Under the pieces are notes generated by a model. It saw nothing but the letters and a program-made list of their open reading frames with translations, did no database searches and was not told where the DNA came from. A program made the position numbers and the translations under genes. A stretch of 63,232 bases of DNA, the filler included, from Collodictyon triciliatum (taxonomy: Eukaryota), in NCBI GenBank assembly GCA_043381765.1. It is 15 parts of 15 records of this genome, joined end to end, with 100 filler letters (N's around TTAATTAATTAA, not from the genome) between each part and the next. Parts side by side here need not be neighbours in the genome. Positions count along the whole stretch, not along the records: positions 51,764 to 55,800 come from JBHJMP010006577.1; positions 55,901 to 59,928 come from JBHJMP010006578.1; positions 60,029 to 63,232 come from JBHJMP010006588.1; 12 more parts are not named here. One strand, 5' to 3'. Positions 52,028 through 63,232 of the stretch are shown one piece after another (the first letter of the stretch is position 1; each line of letters starts with the position of its first letter).

Positions 52028-54566
52028 ATGTGCAATAAAAAGGTCGGCTGTTACTTTCACGCTCTTCTAGTGCTCATAGCAATAGCGGCGTTGATCAAAA
52101 GTAAGTCATATCGATTAATCTGCTGGATAATAGTAGCGAAGCTGATAAGAAGCTATCATCAGCGCGTATTCTGGTGATATCTTTTCCTACGTATTCTTCC
52201 TCTCCTCTTGTGCATAATGGGTCAACCCTTTCTGAAGATAAGCTCGTATTCTTCGAGTTCTTACTAACCGCCCATACAAAAATAAATAATAATAATAATA
52301 AGATAGCGAAGCTTCTCCGACATGTGTCTCTGCACTATCAACCATGGAATGTGCAGAAACACCCTACGAAATATTTATCAATGGAACTGCTTTAGTAAGA
52401 CAGTGGGAAAAAAATATTATTCTTCTGAGTAAATATTATGTTTTTTTTTTTTAAAAAAAAAAAAAAAGAAGAGGAAATAAACAACTCTTCTTATGTGGCC
52501 TGATCTGTCCTCTTAATTTTACCCAATTCTATATTTTATTATGTAATTCTGTCACACATACTCATCTTGATTTTCCTTGTTCACCAGTCTACTCTTGATA
52601 TGGCTACTCGTGCCCCATTGGCGTTGACGAAGTTTGAGAATCCAATGTGTCAGAGTATTATTCGGCCTTTCGTTTGTGGGATGTTCCTACTACAGTGCCA
52701 AGATATCGGTGGTCAGATATATCCTCGTGTATGGATTCATTTTTTGTAATTGTATATCTCTGTTTTCCTGTGGTGTGCCTTGGCTTAATCCAGTATACCT
52801 ATCTTGTTGATCGTGTTCCTTTTGCTATGTTTACACCTATATTTTCATATCCTGCTGTTAGTGTTCGATTGATTTCGCCCGCACCATGTCATTGAATTCG
52901 TTTTCTAGCAAATATGTCGCTCCCATTGTGAATATGTCAAGAGCCTAGCACCTAGTTGCCCGTATTCTGCAAAATACCTCGACGTCATTAGTTGCACAGA
53001 TCCTCGCTACTTCGACCAAGTGAATGACGCTTCAACAGAACTCTGTTCAACAATGGATACTTTTGAAGGTGATAACGAAAAAAATTCTTAAATTCGGTCA
53101 TGGTTCTTATGCTTGCTTTGGTTGGACGTACTTATTCTGATTGCTATTAATCATTATTAATTTCGATGAGAGCAGCCACTATCACATTCGGTACTCTTGG
53201 GAAATGTGTCAACTCAACTGGAACAGAATGTCAGAGTGTTTACGCCACTGATTCCAGCCCTTACTTCAGCACAGATTTTCCCGTTTATGTTCCATGTATG
53301 ATTATGAATCACCTAATCACTCTTCATCTCTTATGATTATCCTATTTTGTGGTTCATTTGATACCTGATTACAGCACTGTATTCATTTCTGAATTCTTGA
53401 TTCGACAAATGATGGGGAAAACAACTAGTTGGCTCCTCGATTCACTATATCGACTCCATGATTCACAATACCACCCGAAAGTTTAATTTGTTGCTGGCCA
53501 CGGAATATGGTGAGGTGTGTGCCAATCAACTATATCGCCTTTCGTGCTTCACAGGCTATAGAAGGTAATATAGCTTCAATAGCTTCTTTTTTCTTTTTCT
53601 TTTTTCCTCTTCTTTTTTCCTCTTCTTTTTTCCTCTTCTTTTTTCCTCTTCTTTTTTCCTCTTCTTTTTTCCTCTTCTTTTTTCCTCTTCTTTTTTTCCT
53701 CTTCTTTTCTCTTCTTCTTTTCTCTTCTTCTTTTCTCTTCTTTTTTTCTTCTCTTCTTTTTTTCTTCTCTTCTCTTCTCTTCTCTTCTCTTCTCTTCTCT
53801 TCTCTTCTCTTCTCTTCTCTTCTCTTCTCTTCTCTTCTCTTCTCTTCTCTTCTTCTCTCTTTTCTTCTCTTTTCTTCTCTTTTCTTCTCTTTTCTTCTCT
53901 TTTCTTCTCTTTTCTTCTCTTTTCTTCTCTTTTCTTCTCTTTTCTTCTCTTTTCTCTTCTTCTCTTCTCTTCTCTTCTCTTCTCTTCTCTTCTCTTCTCT
54001 TCTCTTCTCTTCTCTTCTCTTCTCTTCTCTTCTCTTCTCTTCTCTTTTTTTTGTGTGGTACGTCTACATTTATCTCATTTAATTTGTAGATTGACTGTTA
54101 GAATATCCTTATTCATACTCTTATTGATTGACGAATCCTATTTGTGCAGATGCGCAACAATACCATATACCTTACCTCTCTCTGAATCACCATTTGGTGA
54201 TTTGACAACGACTATACCTGTTTCTTTCCCCGTGGAGAACCCGTGTCATTCGATGTGTGTTTCATCCAAGCTGTCGTGCATTCCTCTACAGTCAGTCCTG
54301 GAATCTTCTTCTGGAGGCTCCTCTGTTAATTGCGAAGATGTAGACCCTTCCACTCTCACTGACTAGATACAAAACCAACAAACGACATATCTTAAACGTA
54401 TTGTAATTTATCCATCATTTTTCTCTTGATAACTGTCCTCGTCTAGGTCAACCCTGTCACAAAGACACCATTATACCAGCCTGACCATGTAATGTTCCGG
54501 CCCCTCCCAGGATTAAGTTTTGATTGTTTATCAGCGTCAGAGATCAACGAAGATACTTCGAGTAAG

Positions 54567-54606
<40 letters not shown>

Positions 54607-55545
54607 TTCTCTCTTTCTCTCTTTCTCTCTTTCTCTCTTNNNNNNNNNNTTTCTCTCTTTCTCTCTTTCTCTCTTTCTCTCTTTCTCTCTTTCTCTCTTT
54701 CTCCTCGTATATAAGTATTAGTCTCATGTTTTATTGCACTCCAATATAGTGAAGCATCTCTCTTGCATTGAACCTCTACTCTATGACAACGACATGGACC
54801 CTGTTTGTCAAAAGCCCTGCAAATTGTATCTGTTTGATGAGGATACAACGAATAATTTAAGCACGGTTAGCCAATCATTTTCAGTTGAGCTGAATAGCTT
54901 TTTTTTTCTTTTTGCTTTCATATCCGATTATTTTACTAAAATTCGTGTTTCATTTCACTTGTAGGCAGTTAACATTTTTGCGCATTTGTCGTTTTTCCTC
55001 GACCTCTTTCTAGTCATCACCCTCTCCTTATTTAAAACTAAGAGACAATTTCCTAACAATCTTGCATGGTAAGAGATTTCTAAGTCTTTTATCATTTTAT
55101 AATCCCCATCCTGAACTGTATTACCATAGGTTTTTGGCTATTGGATCGACCATCGTTGCTCTAGCCATCGTGATGGGTTATTGGATTGGGACAGATGATG
55201 CATTTTGCGAAGACTCTATTACTCGCTATCAAACTGAGAGTTTTTGTGCTCTCCAAGGTTAAATTTCTCAATAATAATCTCTTTTATATATTCAAATATG
55301 AACTAAATTCATGCTTTGATTTTTTTCTGTACCGCGTTAGGCTTTATGATTTTGAATTTCGGGCTTTCAACAGTTATGTGGTGGTTTGCCTTGATATTAA
55401 CTTTGTTCCTGACTGTTATCGTGGGAAACAAACAAACATACAAGTATGAAAAGTATTATCATGTTCTATGTTGGGGAATCCCAGTATTAATGTCGACTAT
55501 CGCTGCTGGTGTCAATTACATCGGTTATGATGGTGTGAGCTTTTG
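52028..55545 (+). CDS. Frizzled/Smoothened-like GPCR with signal peptide and apparently two cysteine-rich domains; 3'-truncated
   Basis: Signal peptide MCNKKVGCYFHALLVLIAIAALIK. CRD-like segments: CQSIIRPFVCGMFLLQC..ICRSHCEYVKSLAPSC and a second PCHSMCVSSKLSC. TM region: KRQFPNNL..FCALQ|GFMILNFGLSTVMWWFALILTLF..YEKYYHVLCWGIP. Confidence 0.85.
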
Positions 55546-56049
55546 GTATGTCTATATGCTATATAGCAAGTTTATCAACTCCACTAAATTAGTATTGTCC
55601 TCGATATTGTTGAGAATTGAATTTCATCGGTATTCTTACGAATCTTTTCTTCTTTTCCTTTCTTTTCTTTTCTTTTCTTTTCTTTTCTTTTCTTTTCTTT
55701 TCTTTTCTTTTCTTTTCTTTTCTTTTCTTTTCTTTTCTTTTCTTTTCTTTTCTTTTCTTTTCTTTTCTTTTCTTTTCTTTTCTTCTTTTCTTCTTTTCTT
55801 NNNNNNNNNNNNNNNNNNNNNNNNNNNNNNNNNNNNNNNNNNNNTTAATTAATTAANNNNNNNNNNNNNNNNNNNNNNNNNNNNNNNNNNNNNNNNNNNN
55901 CTATATAGAAAGATAGATAAAATGACTAAGAAATAAATAAAGAAATAAATAAAGAAATAAAGAAATAAATAAAGAAATAAAGAAATAAAGAAATAAAGAA
56001 ATAAAGAAATAAAGAAATAAAGAAATAAAGAAATAAAGAAATAAAGAAA

Positions 56050-56084
<35 letters not shown>

Positions 56085-56479
56085 AGAAATAAATAAAGAA
56101 ATAAATAAAGAAATAAATAAATAAACATATAAACATATATTCATATGACCATATCGTCGTGAAGCCATGTATAGACAAATAGAAAAATTGATAAAATAAA
56201 TTTAAGAGATAGATGAACACACTAATAATAAATTAAATAAAATGATAATAAGAAAACAAAAAGCTATTACGCACTACTGAATTAAAGTCTTAGCCACATT
56301 GGCCATGAAGTTTGAGCCTGAATAGAATCATTTCTTTCATTTAATTTCTATTTACTACTGTTACATATTTTCATCCTGGAAGCTTCATTATTGTTATTAT
56401 TTGCCAACATAAATGGCCATCTATATGCTAATTTGTCCTCAACTATGCAGAACCATGTCTCAACCACTCTTATTCATAG

Positions 56480-58167
56480 TTCATATTGAGGCTATCGGGA
56501 ATCCAATTCGAGGTCAAAAATACAGGGAATCCTAATCGCTCACCCAAAGGTTTGTGCAAGTATTGGGTTGTTAAAATGTTTGATCATAATATATGTGCCT
56601 TGTATATTGATCTATACATTTCTATCAGAAAATAATCAGATCATGTACTTACTTTCCTGTGATGAACCGTTCGATTTTTTATTTACTTAAAGAGTCGAAT
56701 AAGTCGAGTAAAAGACATTGACCCCAGTCTATCTTACTCACAAATTTTCATTATTTCATAACAGGACAGCTTCCATTCGGTTACTACGGCGACAGAGTTT
56801 TTTCTGATTTCCTGGAAATCATCAATCTGGTTCATCAACAAGTAACACAAGTTTTAATTTTATCAAAAGTTTGAATGGGATATTGAAAAAAAAAATAGGG
56901 GAAGTTTTTAAGTTATATTCTTGTACAAACTTCGTATTCATACAGGGAAAATTTCCTCGGCCTTTTTAGAATTTTTTTGATTTATAAATAGCAAAACTTT
57001 TATTTTGCGTAATCATTTATACAAATTCCCTCATTCAGACCAAAATATCTTCAATATTTAAAACGAGCAAAAATTGTGATAGAATTTCATTTGTTTCCTT
57101 AGACTTCACACATCGACTCGCACCTACATGAAAGTGATATGGGACGACTCAAAGTGTTCGTAGAATCTTTGTTTCTTCAGCTCCATCCTTTATACGTGAG
57201 TTTATAGCAACCAAAAGCTCAAGCTTCCATTGATTTTTAACATATGCCTGATATTTTCTCCTTTTCCTTTTCTTTTTATCCGTAATCAAAGTCATTTGTT
57301 ATTGCAGCATGTATTTTTCCCCCTCAAAGATTCATACATGGCTTTAATATCTAGTACATGTCTGTCAGGGCTACTGATAAACAATCTTCACTTTATATAG
57401 ATCTATTCTCTCTGGCTTGATGATGAAATATTTTCCAATTTTACGTATCAATACGCTGCTTCGATGCACCCGTTTCCTTTGAGTATCATCCTTCCAAGAT
57501 TAGAGCGCTCGCGCATAAAGACAAGAATGGAGCTCATCGGCCTGGAAGACAGCACGCTTGTATGCTTTGATTGTATTTAGCCACTTTGCATTTTTCATTT
57601 GTGTATGTGAAATATTTAACCGATAAGAAGACAGAAAGACAGAAAGACAGAAAGACAGAAAGACAGAAAGACAGAAAGACAGAAAGACAGAAAGACAGAA
57701 AGACAGAAAGACAGAAAGACAGAAAGATAGAAAGACAGAAAGACAGAAAGACAGAAAGACAGAAAGACAGAAAGATAGAAAGATAGAAAGATAGAAAGAC
57801 AGAAAGACAGAAAGACAGAAAGACAGAAAAATAGAAAGATAGAAAGATAGAAAGATAGAAAGATAGAAAGATGGAAAACAGAAAAATATATTGGTAATAA
57901 ATGTTTTATATGAAGAAAAAACATAATTTTGATTATTTATTTATTTATTCGGTTTTTTTTAAAAAAATAAAGGCAAAGCAGAAGGCCACCGCATACTTTA
58001 CCGAGCTATCACAATGTCTCGGGAATTCAGAATTCTTCTTTGGAGAAAAGTAATAATAAAATATAGCGTATTGAGCCTTGAATTCATTACATTTGATAAC
58101 TTCCCATATTGAAACCCTTTCATATGGTAGTTACTTGGTATATATAAAAACATCTTGTTCGTTATTT

Positions 58168-58205
<38 letters not shown>

Positions 58206-58630
58206 TGAGATTAATGTAAAAATTTTATTTTGGGATTATATACAGATTAAGCAGCTTTGATGTTCTGCTATACAGCTACATTCTCTCGCTACGCTCACCA
58301 AAACTCCGAACAAGCATTCTCCTGGAATCATTAGAAAGTCACCAAAATCTCATCAGCCTCGCAGAGAAATACACACGCGTATTTGAGAATGCACCCATTC
58401 CAATCCCAGTGAGATTACAACTACCAGCAAATGCAACGGATGAGAATATTGGAAGCAGCAAAGCGGAAGCTGAGGATGAACAATCCAACAAAAAGAGTAA
58501 GTACAACAAGGTTTTTGTAGGGTTGACCATTTTGGCTTTGTTGATACACAACAGTACTCACTTAGCCGAAGCTGACTATGATATTGGCGATTTTGCGGAT
58601 TTTGGAGGAGATGACGATGACGATGATTAA
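56480..58630 (+). CDS. Metaxin (GST-like mitochondrial outer-membrane SAM component), 5' end missing
   Basis: ILRLSGIQFEVKNTGNPNRSPK|GQLPF...LYSLWLDDEIF..HPFPLSIILP...LSQCLGNSEFFFGEK|LSSFDVLLYSYI, plus a C-terminal hydrophobic anchor VFVGLTILALLI and an acidic tail. Confidence 0.8.
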
Positions 58631-58868
58631 TGGCGCGAAAGACGACAATTACAATAAAGCTTCGCTGTGCCACTCATCACACAATACAGAGAAACGAAGA
58701 AGAAAACTGATTGTAAAAGTTTGTGTAAGCCAATTTTAGATTTGCTGCATTGCTTTTGGAACATGAAATATCACGCCTGTTGATAGTTTCACCTATCCTC
58801 CAGACAATCTTTTTTTTTTTTTTTTTTTTTATTTCCTGGATTTAAATGATTATCCAGTTATTCTAATA

Positions 58869-58987
58869 CTAGAAGGGGTATATCAATCGAAAGATTAGTA
58901 AACCTGATGCGCTGTATCCAAGGTCTCACCACTTTTTTCACAAAGATTGTGTAGTGGTGAAGGCTGCCAGGAAAGACCCAACAGCCT
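58869..58987 (-). ncRNA. Candidate Fanzor omegaRNA scaffold / element right end (copy 2)
   Basis: Minus strand AGGCTGTTGGGTCTTTCCTGGCAGCCTTCACCACTACACAATCTTTGTGAAAAAAGTGGTGAGACCTTGGATACAGCGCATCAGGTTTACTAAT, homologous to 30623-30717 with the stems retained. Confidence 0.6.
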
Positions 58988-59136
58988 ATTACTTTAAAGA
59001 GGAAGGTGTATGCATTTTTTTGAAGGATAGAAAGAACTTTATGAGGTGTATTTTTAGCGCTGCTAAAGTCCCTTATCAAGAATACACTTTGTTTACTTTC
59101 TGAGCGAATGTATTCTTTACATATGAGACATCTATG

Positions 59137-59226
<90 letters not shown>

Positions 59227-59791
59227 TATTTCCTTTCAGTTTCGTATATTCCAGTTCTTTTTCGCAGTTACAGCACATCTTGGAGATTCAAAATTCATCT
59301 ACACTAATTGTTTCAAAACGTTTGGATAATATATTTCGTAATCCTCTTCCGATTGTTGGCATAGAACGGTTCATCTGAGATTTTCTGCTCCAGTCTCCAT
59401 ACGCCAGTACAATATCCTTGCCAAATGTCTTTTCGATTCGGTCCATAAACAACTATTCACTTCTTTTTGTATTAACACACAGTCTCCATATCATCTTTCA
59501 AAAAGTTATTCGTTCATAAAATCTGGATAATTCTATCTGGTATCTTGATTTCATAGGAACATATTTCCGAATTTTTTCATAATCGACCGTGCATGAGTTA
59601 TGTTAACTCAGTTCTGTCTCTTAATCGATTAAAGATACTCTTGATGTCTCAAACTGCTGATTCTCTTCAAAAGTCCTGAGACCTAAAGAAATAGCACTTT
59701 GAAAATCTGTTGCCATGCATATCCCTTAAGCATTGTACTTTTCTTTTGTCTCACGCAAGAGTATTTTGTGATTTTTAAGAGATTTGCTATC
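58988..59791 (-). pseudogene. Second, 5'-truncated copy of the same Fanzor1 family
   Basis: The reverse complement aligns with 29893-30622 (e.g. ATGGACCGAATCGAAAAGACATTTGGCAAGGAT identical). It encodes FMDRIEKTFGKDIVLAYGDWSRKSQMNRSMPTIGRGLR and SKMCCNCEKELEY. A poly(T) at 59139-59225 replaces the short A-run of copy 1. Confidence 0.9.
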
Positions 59792-59800
59792 CTTGGGGCA

Positions 59801-59870
59801 GACGTTGTAGTCCAGCTGGCATGGGACAGCGTCTTACCTGCGCGAATGTGGTTAGAACCCCACAGGGTGC
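59801..59870 (+). pseudogene. Degenerate tRNA-like sequence (tRNA pseudogene or SINE head)
   Basis: GACGTTG-TA-GTCC-AGCTGGCATG-GGAC (perfect D stem, A-box-like), then A-GCGTC-TTACCT-GCGC, then TGTGG-TTAGAACC-CCACA (B-box-like T arm). The acceptor stem is broken, and (TG)n follows. Confidence 0.4.
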
Positions 59871-59872
59871 GC

Positions 59873-59928
<56 letters not shown>

Positions 59929-60032
59929 NNNNNNNNNNNNNNNNNNNNNNNNNNNNNNNNNNNNNNNNNNNNTTAATTAATTAANNNNNNNNNNNNNNNN
60001 NNNNNNNNNNNNNNNNNNNNNNNNNNNNTGTA

Positions 60033-60129
<97 letters not shown>

Positions 60130-60413
60130 TTGTGTGTATGTATGTGTGTGTGTATGTGTATGTGTATTTGTGTGTAAAACCGGTGCAATGCGAGTGGTCA
60201 TAGAAAATCGACGACAACTTTCTATTCAGCCGCTCGGTGGATTGAAAAAAAAACCCCCATGCCGCAATTCTAAACGGCAATCATCATTTGCGCTTGCCAC
60301 AAACGGAGAGCAGTTCTTACGATTCCCATGCGGGAAGTGATCTGTGTGCCTCGCAAGTCCCCGCTTGGCCTGTTGCTTCCTCGCTTTGATCTAACCCTAC
60401 ACGGCTCAAGCAG

Positions 60414-62851
60414 ATGCAGTTCCAACCCTTACTGGGCTCCCCCGAGTCCACTTTTTGGTCTGAGCTGGCTAGATTCAAACTCGACGTCCAAAAGCTTGAG
60501 AGCAAACCTGTTATGATCAAGGGGTAAGCCTTACTTTCAGACCGCACCTTCTTAAGTGTATTTTATTTCTTTAAAGTAGCCTCAGCCACCAAAACTTATT
60601 TTTGCCATTGCAGAAGTCACATATTTTTGAAGATCTTGAGCAGCAAGCTTCTCGTGGTGTTTTGTTTTCTTTTGTTTTCTTTTGTTTCCTTTTGTTTTCT
60701 TTTCGTCTTGTCTTTGGTTACGTATCACATTCTTCGTAGCTACTCCCCAATGAGCGGGCGCGCTCCGGGGGCACAAGTTCGGCTTTGTGTTTCTTCAGAG
60801 TCCTTTCTATCCGAACCAAGGTTCCTCTGCTTCAACTTTTTTTTTCATTAAACTCAATACCGTAGTGAATAGGCAATTGAGGTGAGATCATCATAACTTT
60901 CTGTAATACGAGAGTTTATCTATTTTTCTTTTTTTTCTTTTTTTCTTTTTTTCTTTTTTTCTTTTTTTCTTTTTTTCTTTTTTTCTTTTTTTCTTTTTTT
61001 CTTTTTTTCTTTTTTTCTTTTTTTCTTTTGGTTAAGGTTTGCCTCTGGATTGCTCCCCTGTGTTGGAACACTACACAACGTGAACACGATTGAAGAGTTT
61101 AAGAAAGTTGACAAGCAAGATTTGTTGAACCGTGTTGGGAATGATGTAATCATCTCAATATTCATCCAACTAACGATTTTTGATTATATCCAAATGGCAT
61201 CTTTTTCATATAGTAATTTTAAAAATAGATTTGGACAAACATTCAAAGTGGAAAAGCAATTGAGGACCCAAAGCTTTTGAACCCATTCTACCTCCTTACT
61301 TTCGTGGATTTGAAGAAATATCAGAATTATTTTTGGTAAATGTGATATATTCTTGATTAGACTAACTCGATATGATTCTTTCTGAGATAAATGATCCGGT
61401 CTGATATATTCTCTTTTTTTATTATTATTCTTCCTTTCAATCTTGTGCAGGATGGTGGAGATGTTGGTATTTGATATACTCTTTTATAATACACACCTCT
61501 AAAAAGAAAAACGGGTCTTTCTAGGTTTGCATTTCCTGCTTTTGTAGTAGACGGTCCTTTAGAATCACCAACTAATCAAACTATGAGTGAAACTTTCGAT
61601 ACTCGTCAAGTATTTTTTTCTCCCTGATAAATTCATTTGCTTAATCAATGAATTCAATATCTCACTAGATTTTTTTTGCCTATATTCGAATACGCTTGAT
61701 TAATTATTTTAATTTGCAATTGAAGCTGGACAAAATCAACGACTTCGTTATTCCTGATATCCCTGTTTTTCTTGTGTCTCGATCTATTTCAGGGGTAATA
61801 AATATAACATTTTTTACTTTGGTTCTCTATGCTTCACATATTTCATCCCCAAGCACATCGAGGACATATATTTATTGAAGCGAAAATAAACATTCACTTA
61901 ATTCTTCCATAACATACATAACTATGCAGGAAATATCGCGTCATTCATTTTCAGAATATAAATCTCTGATTTCACCAGAAAACGAGGTTGTATATTGTTT
62001 TCTTTTTCTTTTTTTATTAGTATTTTATTAGGAAAATGAAAATTATTCTTTTGGTTTTTGTTTTACAGTTCTCTGGATTATATTGAAATGAATGCAATGA
62101 CTTGTATCTAGGTTTTCGTTTTCGTTCTGGATTCATCATCACTGCCCTCGAACCCAGGTTATTTTCATGTATTCTCATGCGAAAAAAAACTATAAAAGTA
62201 TGGTCAAGATGGGGATTTTTGTAAATTTATGTTTAAAAGGCTCATATTTTTCTTGTTTTTAGGGTGGTTTGTGCGCAATGTATTGGTTGCTCTGTCTTCA
62301 TTCTTTGGTAAATCGAAAGGGAAAAAAAGAATGAACATTTCATGCGATTATTTTTACTCGGATTCATTTCGCAACATAATGATATATTTGAGTATTATAG
62401 GCGTGACAAAAGCCAGAATTGTGAGCTATCGTGATATACCTTACAAAGGTAATTAAAAGTTCAAAAACATAATTTTAGGTTGATATATTGAAGATAAGCC
62501 TATAATAATAACAATAGCGATTCCTCTGATAACCTAATTTGACATATGTGTACGAACAAGGTGCAACTGAATCAAAAAGTGTGATATTTGATGTGGTGCT
62601 TCCTTCAGCTTCAGGTGATTTATAAATAAAGCAAAATAATATTGATCATATTGAATGTTGTAGATTTTAAGGATGTATCCATTAGGATGGCATATCATGA
62701 AACTCAATTCACATTCATTCTTTCTTATTTTGTTATTTGCACATGAATAAAGTTCAATCTGCATGCCCTCGTGTTGTTGGGTGGGAGAAGAACACTCAGG
62801 GGAAAATGGCACCCCGTTTTGTCGATCTTGGAAAACAGATGGACCAGAAGA
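60414..62851 (+). CDS. ATG7: ATG7 (autophagy E1-like enzyme), N-terminal half, multi-exon
   Basis: [130 protein letters not shown]. Confidence 0.93.
61412..61470 (-). mobile_element. ~60-bp family B retrotransposon 3' terminus inside an ATG7 intron
   Basis: Minus strand ACCAACATCTCCACCATCCTGCACAAGATTGAAAGGAAGAATAATAATAAAAAAA matches the ends at 22331-22375 and 50492-50523. An imperfect flanking duplication TGATATA(TT)CTCTTTT is present. Confidence 0.65.
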
Positions 62852-63098
62852 AGTAAATGATCATTGAATCATCAAATAAACGTATAATTATGCTTTCATT
62901 TAAGGAATGGGTAAAACATTCGATTTACATCACCTCTCTAGATAACCGGGGTTTTATTTATGTACTTTCATGTAGAACCTCTCCTTTTTTTTTCTCCTTT
63001 TTTTTTCTCCTTTTTTTTTTCTCCTTTTTTTTNNNNNNNNNNNNNNNNNNNNNNNNNNNNNNNNNNNNNNNNNNNNNNNNNNNNNNNNNNNNNTGCAG

Positions 63099-63202
63099 CC
63101 ACCAAAGCCTTGAATCGCGGCATTGCAGAGCTCGTTATCCTCGCAGCAGACACCGAGCCGCTTGAAATCCTTCTCCACCTGCCTCTCCTCTGCGAAGACA
63201 AG
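63099..63202 (+). CDS. SNU13: SNU13/15.5K (L7Ae family) internal exon
   Basis: ag|[35 protein letters not shown]|gt. Confidence 0.92.
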
Positions 63203-63232
63203 GTTTCTTTTTTTCTTTTTCTTTTTTTTTTT

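Noticed and set aside
59139-59225. ~87-nt poly(T) as a retrotransposition tail of the Fanzor copy
   Set aside because: It lies inside the element at a position where copy 1 has a short A-run, and homology continues on both sides. It is a homopolymer expansion or assembly artefact.

Overview
This is eukaryotic (protist-like) draft assembly sequence, not a continuous locus. About 15 unrelated ~4-kb scaffolds are joined by an artificial N-TTAATTAATTAA-N linker, and most break at microsatellites. The DNA is AT-rich with short GT-AG introns and the standard genetic code. Recognisable spliced genes, many truncated: a GT-C-like multi-TM protein, MOK/RAGE kinase, peroxisomal-type citrate synthase, DRC7 (implying a flagellated organism), HINT, VAC14, a tandem-C2 protein, a soluble-cyclase-like helical tail, two Frizzled/Smoothened-like GPCRs, an adenylyl cyclase fragment, TMEM144, metaxin, ATG7 and a SNU13 exon. 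Accessory content: (1) two degenerate copies of one Fanzor1 (eukaryotic TnpB-like RNA-guided nuclease) family, one near full length (28670-30741 +) and one 5'-truncated (58869-59791 -), sharing a structured non-coding 3' tail that is a candidate omegaRNA; (2) an intronless NLR-like NACHT-tail/pentapeptide/13xWD40/SEL1 protein with homogenised repeats and hypervariable surface positions; (3) L1/Tx1-like retrotransposon fragments and tiny (19-60 bp) 3'-end retro-insertions with long target-site duplications; (4) a TMEM132-like pseudogene and an intronless GT61-like ORF. Family assignments come from motif recognition by eye, and gene ends are approximate.
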